From contig CAVTAL010000012.1 of NCBI GenBank assembly GCA_963732635.1, positions 8,308 through 72,307 of the forward strand: a DNA stretch of 64,000 bases. The letters are read 5' to 3'. The notes beneath the pieces were generated by a model. The model was not told where the DNA came from, searched no databases, and saw only the letters and a program-made list of their open reading frames with translations. Below are positions 58,547-64,000 of this stretch, piece by piece. The DNA is from an uncultured Alphaproteobacteria bacterium. GTDB lineage: Bacteria; Pseudomonadota; Alphaproteobacteria; Rhizobiales; Hyphomicrobiaceae. Numbering within the stretch: position 1 is the stretch's first letter; every line of letters starts with the position of its first letter. A program made the translations under genes and the position numbers.

Positions 58547-58569
58547 TTAGGTCAACATAGCTGACCTAA
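58547..58569. promoter_or_regulatory. palindrome TTAGGTCA-N7-TGACCTAA upstream of ior
   Basis: Perfect 8-bp arms at 58547-54 and 58562-69, about 90 bp upstream of the ATG at 58657. Confidence 0.3.
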
Positions 58570-58656
58570 CTTGCCAAGACGTCGCAGCCGAACTATGTTT
58601 CTATTGCAGCCACAGCGCGGTCAACGCGCGGGTAAGAAACATTCGAGGTCAGGGCC

Positions 58657-61600
58657 ATGGCGAAAAGCGGTGTCAGCCTCAGTGACAAGTTCGATCTCGG
58701 CGAAACGCGGCAGATCCTGACCGGCACCCAGGCGATCGTTCGCCTCGCCCTGATGCAGAAGAGCCGCGACGAAGCGGCCGGACTCAACACCGCCGGCTAT
58801 ATTTCCGGCTATCGCGGCTCGCCGGTGGCCGGCCTCGATGCCGCGTTTGGCCGCGTCAAATCACTGACGTCCAAGCACAACATCCACTTCCATTCCGGCC
58901 TCAACGAAGACCTCGCCGCCACCGCAATCTGGGGCACCCAGCAGGCCGAGTTGCGCGGCGAAGGCAAATTCGACGGCGTGTTCGGAATCTGGTTCGGCAA
59001 GGGCCCGGGCGTTGATCGCTCCGGCGACGTCTTCCGCCATGCCAACCACGCCGGCACCTCGAAGAACGGCGGCGTCATCGCGCTGATGGGCGACGACCAC
59101 ACCTGCGAAAGCTCGACCTCGGCGCACCAGTCGGAATTTGCGTTCGTCGATGCCATGATGCCGGTGCTGAACCCCGCTGGCGTGCAGGAAATCCTCGATT
59201 ACGGGCTGCTTGGCTTCGCGCTGTCGCGCTATGCGGGCGTGTGGGTCGGTCTCAAGTGCGTCAAGGACAACATCGAGTCGACCGCGACGGTCGATGGCGC
59301 CACCGACCGGGTGAAGGTGGTCATCCCCGACGACTTCACCATGCCGCCGGGCGGGCTCAACATCCGGCTTGGCGATCAGGCGCTCGACAAGGAAGCCCGC
59401 CTGCACGACTACAAGCGGGCAGCCATTCTGGCCTTCGTCCGGGCCAACAAGATCAATCGCACCGTGATCAGCGGCGGTGCGGCGCCGAAAGTGGGCATCA
59501 TCACCTGCGGCAAGAGCTATCTCGACGTGCGCCAGGCGCTCGACCAGCTCGGCCTCGACGAAGTTGAGTGCAACCGCCTCGGCATTCGGCTCTACAAGGC
59601 CGGCATGACCTGGCCGCTGGAGCCGCGAGGGGTCGCCAAGTTCGCCGAGGGCCTCGATCTCATCATCGTAATCGAGGAAAAGCGCTCGCTGCTGGAAACC
59701 CAGGTCAAGGAGCAGCTTTACGGCGCCGCGCACGCGCCGCGTGTGATCGGCAAGAAGGACGAGCACGACCAGTGGCTGTTCCATGCCAAGGGCGCGCTCG
59801 ACCCGACCGACATTGCGATTGCCGTAGGCGAGCGGCTGATCAACTACGGCGCCGGTGAATCGGTGAAGGCCGCACTCGCCGAGTTGAAGCGGCTCGAAGG
59901 CAACGCCGCGCTGGCAACTGAAAGCTTCTCGCGCACGCCCTACTTCTGCGCCGGCTGCCCGCATAATTCCTCGACCGTGGTGCCGGACGGCGCGCGTGCC
60001 TATGCCGGCATCGGCTGCCACTACATGTCGCAGTGGATGGACCGCTCGACCGACGGCTTCACCCAGATGGGCGCCGAGGGCACCAACTGGATTGGCGAGT
60101 CGCTGTTTTCCAAGCGCCGTCACGTATTCCAGAATCTCGGTGACGGCACCTACATCCATTCGGGATCGCTAGCGGTGCGCGCGGCGGTCGCAGCCGACGC
60201 CACCATGACGTTCAAGATCCTCTATAACGACGCCGTCGCCATGACCGGTGGCCAATCGCTTGATGGGCATATCTCGGTGCCGATGATCGCCAGCCAAATG
60301 GCGGCCGAGGGCGTGAAGAAAATCGCCATCGTCACCGACGAGCCGGACAAGTATCCGCCGGGCGTCGCGTTCCCGAAAGATATCGCCGTCCACCATCGCC
60401 GCGACCTGCAGGCGGTGCAGATGGAACTTGCCACCCACGACGGCGTCACCGCGCTGATCTACGACCAGACCTGCGCCGCCGAGAAGCGCCGCCGCCGCAA
60501 GAAGGGTGAGTTCCCCGATCCGGACAAGCGCGTTCTGATCAATGCCGCGGTCTGCGAAGGCTGCGGCGACTGCGGCAAGAAGTCGAACTGCGTCGCCGTG
60601 GTGCCGCTCGAAACCGAACTCGGTCGCAAGCGCGCCATCGATCAATCGGCCTGCAACAAGGACTTCTCCTGCATCGAGGGCTTCTGCCCGAGCTTCGTGA
60701 TGGTGCATGGCGCCAAGGTCGAAGAAGGCCAAGGGCGCGGCCGGCGACAGCGCCATCGCGGCAATGCTGGGATCGCTGCCAGAACCCAAGTTGCCGGAAC
60801 TCAACGGCCCCTATTCGATGATCGTCACCGGCGTCGGCGGCACCGGCGTGGTCACCATTTCAGCGGTGCTCGGACAGGCAGCGCACATCGAGGGCAAGGG
60901 CTTCGGCTCGATCGACATGACCGGCCTCGCGCAGAAGGGCGGTGCGGTCGCCTGCCACATGCGGGTGGCGAAGTCGGCCGACCAGATCCATGCCATTCGC
61001 GTCGGCGTCGCCAATGCCGACCTGATCATGGGTGGCGATCTCGTCGTCACCGCCTCGAACAAGATCCTCGAGACCATGCGGCCGGATCACACCGCCGTCG
61101 TGGTGTCGACCCATGAGATGATCACCGGCGACTTCACGCGCAATGCCAAGTTGTCGGTGCCCGGCATGAAGTTGCGCCAGGCGATCGAGGATCGCGTCGG
61201 CTAAGGGTCCGCTCGCCATGCTCGACGCGCACGAAGCGGCGGTCAAGCTGTTCGGCGATTCGATCGCGTCGAACATGTTCCTGCTCGGCTTCTCCTATCA
61301 GAAGGGCTTCGTGCCGATCGGGTCGGTCGCGATCGAGCAGGCGATCGAGCTCAACGGTGCGGCGGTCGAGATGAACCGGCAGGCGTTCCGCTTCGGCCGG
61401 CTCGCAGCCCACGATGCGGCGGCCGTCGATCGGCTGATCAAGCCGGCTGATGCGGCATCGACAAAGCCGCGCACGCTCGACGACACGATTGCCTTCCGCG
61501 CAGCTCAGTTGACGGCCTATCAGGATGCGGCGCTCGCCGAGCGCTATCGTTCGAAGGTCGCCTGGATCGCCGGGGTTGAAAAGGAGAAGACGCCGGGCCG

Positions 61601-62144
61601 CAGTGGTCTCGCCGATGCAGTCGCGCGCGGCTACCACAAGCTGCTCGCCATCAAGGACGAGTACGAGGTCGCGCGGCTCTACACCGACGGCACGTTCGAG
61701 AAACAGATGGCGGAGCAGTTCGACGGCGTGAAGTCGATCGAGCTCTACATGGCGCCGCCGTTCCTCGGCTGGTGGCGCCGCGACAAGGTCACCGGTCATC
61801 CGCGCAAGATCAAGCTCGGGCAATGGATGCTTCCGGTCTTGAAGCAGCTTGCCAAGGGCAAACGCCTGCGCGGCACCGCGTTCGACCTGTTCGGCTATTC
61901 GGCCGAACGCCGCCTCGAACGGCAGATGATCGCAGACTACGAGAAGACCCTCGATGAGATTGCAGCCCGCCTGTCACCGATCACGCATGCGACCGCGGTG
62001 ACGCTCGCGAGCCTGCCCGAAGACATCAAGGGCTTCGGCCACGTCAAGCATGCGAGCTTCGAGGTCGTGAAAAAGCGCGAGGCGGCGTTGATCGAGCAGC
62101 TGAGAGATCCGAAGGTTGCCGGAGTTAGGGTGGCGGCGGAGTAG
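58657..62144 (+). pseudogene. indolepyruvate ferredoxin oxidoreductase family protein (fused IorA/IorB), two frame disruptions
   Basis: Three consecutive ORFs in three frames. 58657..~60720 ends ...CPSFVMVHGAKV. 60722..61201 reads KKAKGAAGDS...IVTGVGGTGVVTI...AIEDRVG. 61203..62144 reads KGPLAMLDAHEAAVKLFGDSIASNMFLLGF.... Deleting one base at ~60721 and one at ~61202 restores a single protein of about 1160 aa. Confidence 0.88.
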
Positions 62145-62153
62145 GTCGTTAGT

Positions 62154-62829
62154 TTAGCGGTGGCCGGCAACATTGATCGCGAGCGAAATCGTTCCAACCA
62201 CGATCAGGCTGACCGCCCAGACCCCATCGAGGTTGAACCAGCTGCGCGACACGAACTTGAGACCGAGGTGGCGATAGACCAGCCAGGCCGCAACGCCACC
62301 GGCTGTGATCATCGCGAGCGAGTGGACGACCGACACCAGCACGGCCATGCCGATATTGGCGCCGATGAGGGTGCTCGCGGCCGAAGTGGCCACCATCGAG
62401 TTCCGACGCCCGGCACAATCCCAGATAGATCGGGACCAGCATCAAGCCTGCCCCATGCGCGATAGCGACGGCGAACGACCACAATCCGAGCTGCGTCGGT
62501 CTTATCCGCGCCAATGCGCGCGGATGCCGACGATTGGCAAATCGGAAAAGTCCAAAGCCGATCAACAGCAAGCTGGCTGCGATCTGGATATGCCGTTGCC
62601 AATAGACCAGCGTGATCAGCAACGAAAACGGAAGGATAATCACGAGCATCGCCAACAGGTGCCCGATCGTAAGCGGCCACAACGCCGCCACCAGCGCGCG
62701 TGCACTCTTTTCCATCAACCCGGCCGACACCGCGAGCGGCCAGCCCATGCCGGGATTGATCCCGTGATAGAGGCCGCTCGCAATGACCGCCAGCCAGAGC
62801 CATATTGCCGGCTGTTCGACTGCGCTCAC
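62154..62829 (-). pseudogene. polytopic membrane protein of unknown family, one frame disruption
   Basis: GTG at 62829 lies 2 nt after the SBP56 stop: VSAVEQPAIWLWLAVIASGLYHGINPGMGWPLAV...AIAHGAGLMLVPIYLG. The hydrophobic continuation ATSAASTLIGANIGMAVLVSVVHSLAMITAGG... is in the frame of ORF 62154..62396. The switch is near 62390-62440. Confidence 0.6.
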
Positions 62830-62831
62830 CT

Positions 62832-64000
62832 TCAAGCCGACGGGTAGCAGAACGAATCCGTCGAGCAGTCGCCGCCTTCGAGCCGGATCTGGTGCGCCCG
62901 GTAGCCGTCGGGGAAATTCACCCAATAGTCCTTCGCCAGCTCGAGACCGCCGTTCGGGCCGGCGTTGGCCATGACCTCGGCGCCAGGTACGCCACCGGGA
63001 TAGAATTGGTCGTCCCAGGTCGAGTAGAGCGAGTTGGTCCAGTACACGCGCTTGCCATCGCGGCTGATCTCGACCATCTGCGGGCCGCCCGCAAACACCT
63101 TGCCGTTCGAATGCGGCGTGCGCCGCGCTATGCCGCCGATATGCACCGAGCCGGAAAGTTTGGGCTTCCTTGGATCAGTGACATCATACTGTCGCATCTC
63201 GCCGGTGCCCCAGCAGGCGACATAGAGAAACTTGTCGTCGAGCGACAGGTCGATATCGGAGATCAGCGGCGGCACCGCGCCAAACCCCTGCAGCAGCGGC
63301 GGTAGCTGGTCCTTGGCTGCGGGTTCCGGTGGGATCGTCGCCGTCTTCTCGATGTGGAATTTTCCGCCTTCGCGCCACCACGTCCAGATCGAGCCTTCGA
63401 GATTGGTGGTGTCGACCACTACGCCGAGGAAGCCATACTCGCGGACCGGGTCGTGGGCGGGGCGGACCTCCAGCGCCATCTGGTGGTTGGCGCCGAGGTC
63501 GATCGTCTGCACGTTGCGGCGTGCGCGCAGATCCCAGAAGTGCAGCTGTGGCCGTATTTGTTGGACAGCAGGTCCTCCGGCACGATGCCGTTCTCGAACT
63601 GCGGCGGCAGCCCCCATTCGCTCGACACCATGTAGTCGCGCGGCAGGTTCCACCAGAAGTCATAGTGCAGCTTCTGCGGACCGCGGTCGATTTCCCAGCG
63701 GCCGATGATGTCGAACGTCTCGCAGTCCATGATGAAGACGCCGGGCGGGCCATCGGTGCCGTTCTTGCCGGCGCCGCCAAGCGTGCTGATGTAAATGCCT
63801 TCCGGCCCGCAATGGACGGTGTGCGGGCGCGAATAGCCGGTCTTGCTGAACACTTCCTCCGGCTCGATGATCTTGTGGATCTTCGCCTGGGTCGGATGCG
63901 GCTTGGTATCGATCACGTAGATGCGCGAGGAGCGAATGCCAGGAATGATCAGGTAGCGCCGCTCGAGGAAGGCATGGCCGGTCAGCGGCGACAGCGCGGA
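62832..64000 (-). pseudogene. selenium-binding protein 56 / methanethiol oxidase family protein, partial (5' end outside window), one frame disruption
   Basis: The frame is open from the window edge: SALSPLTGHAFLERRYLIIPGIRSSRIYVIDTKPHPTQAKI...LLSNKYGH. It continues as LHFWDLRARRNVQTIDLG...HQIRLEGGDCSTDSFCYPSA in ORF 62832..63653. One base is missing near 63546-63549. Confidence 0.88.

Overview
Visibly GC-rich chromosomal core segment. Gene content and order look alphaproteobacterial, Rhizobiales / Bradyrhizobiaceae-like: sdhE-mfd, ctaCDB-ctaG-ctaE, lolDE, cobA-DUF2849-cysI-DUF934, IalB, Omp25-like porin. I support about 55 protein genes. They include housekeeping genes (glyS, proS, recG, mfd, parE, lolD/E, aa3 cytochrome oxidase cluster), an mdtABC-type double-RND efflux operon, a ferredoxin-linked sulfite-reduction operon, two nucleotide-sugar dehydrogenases, a MloK1-type cyclic-nucleotide-gated K+ channel, an Asp-type MurA paralogue, a fused aconitase-X, an indolepyruvate:ferredoxin oxidoreductase and an SBP56/methanethiol-oxidase-like gene. 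I saw no rRNA, tRNA, CRISPR array, transposase, integrase or recognisable phage or defence module. I cannot point to a convincing novel multi-gene system. The most unusual property is at least ten single-base frame disruptions. They cluster in four patches: cysI/DUF934; lolE; an alpha/beta hydrolase 5' end; and ior, a membrane protein and SBP56. All of the longest genes are intact. Secondary points are small palindromic repeat units (CCCAAC/GTTGGG type and GTCATCCCGG type), an AT-rich palindromic island in front of the sulfite-reduction operon, helically phased AATGC repeats in front of a small wHTH-amidotransferase-ABM islet, and several poorly characterised secreted or membrane proteins. Start codons are approximate where GTG/TTG alternatives exist.
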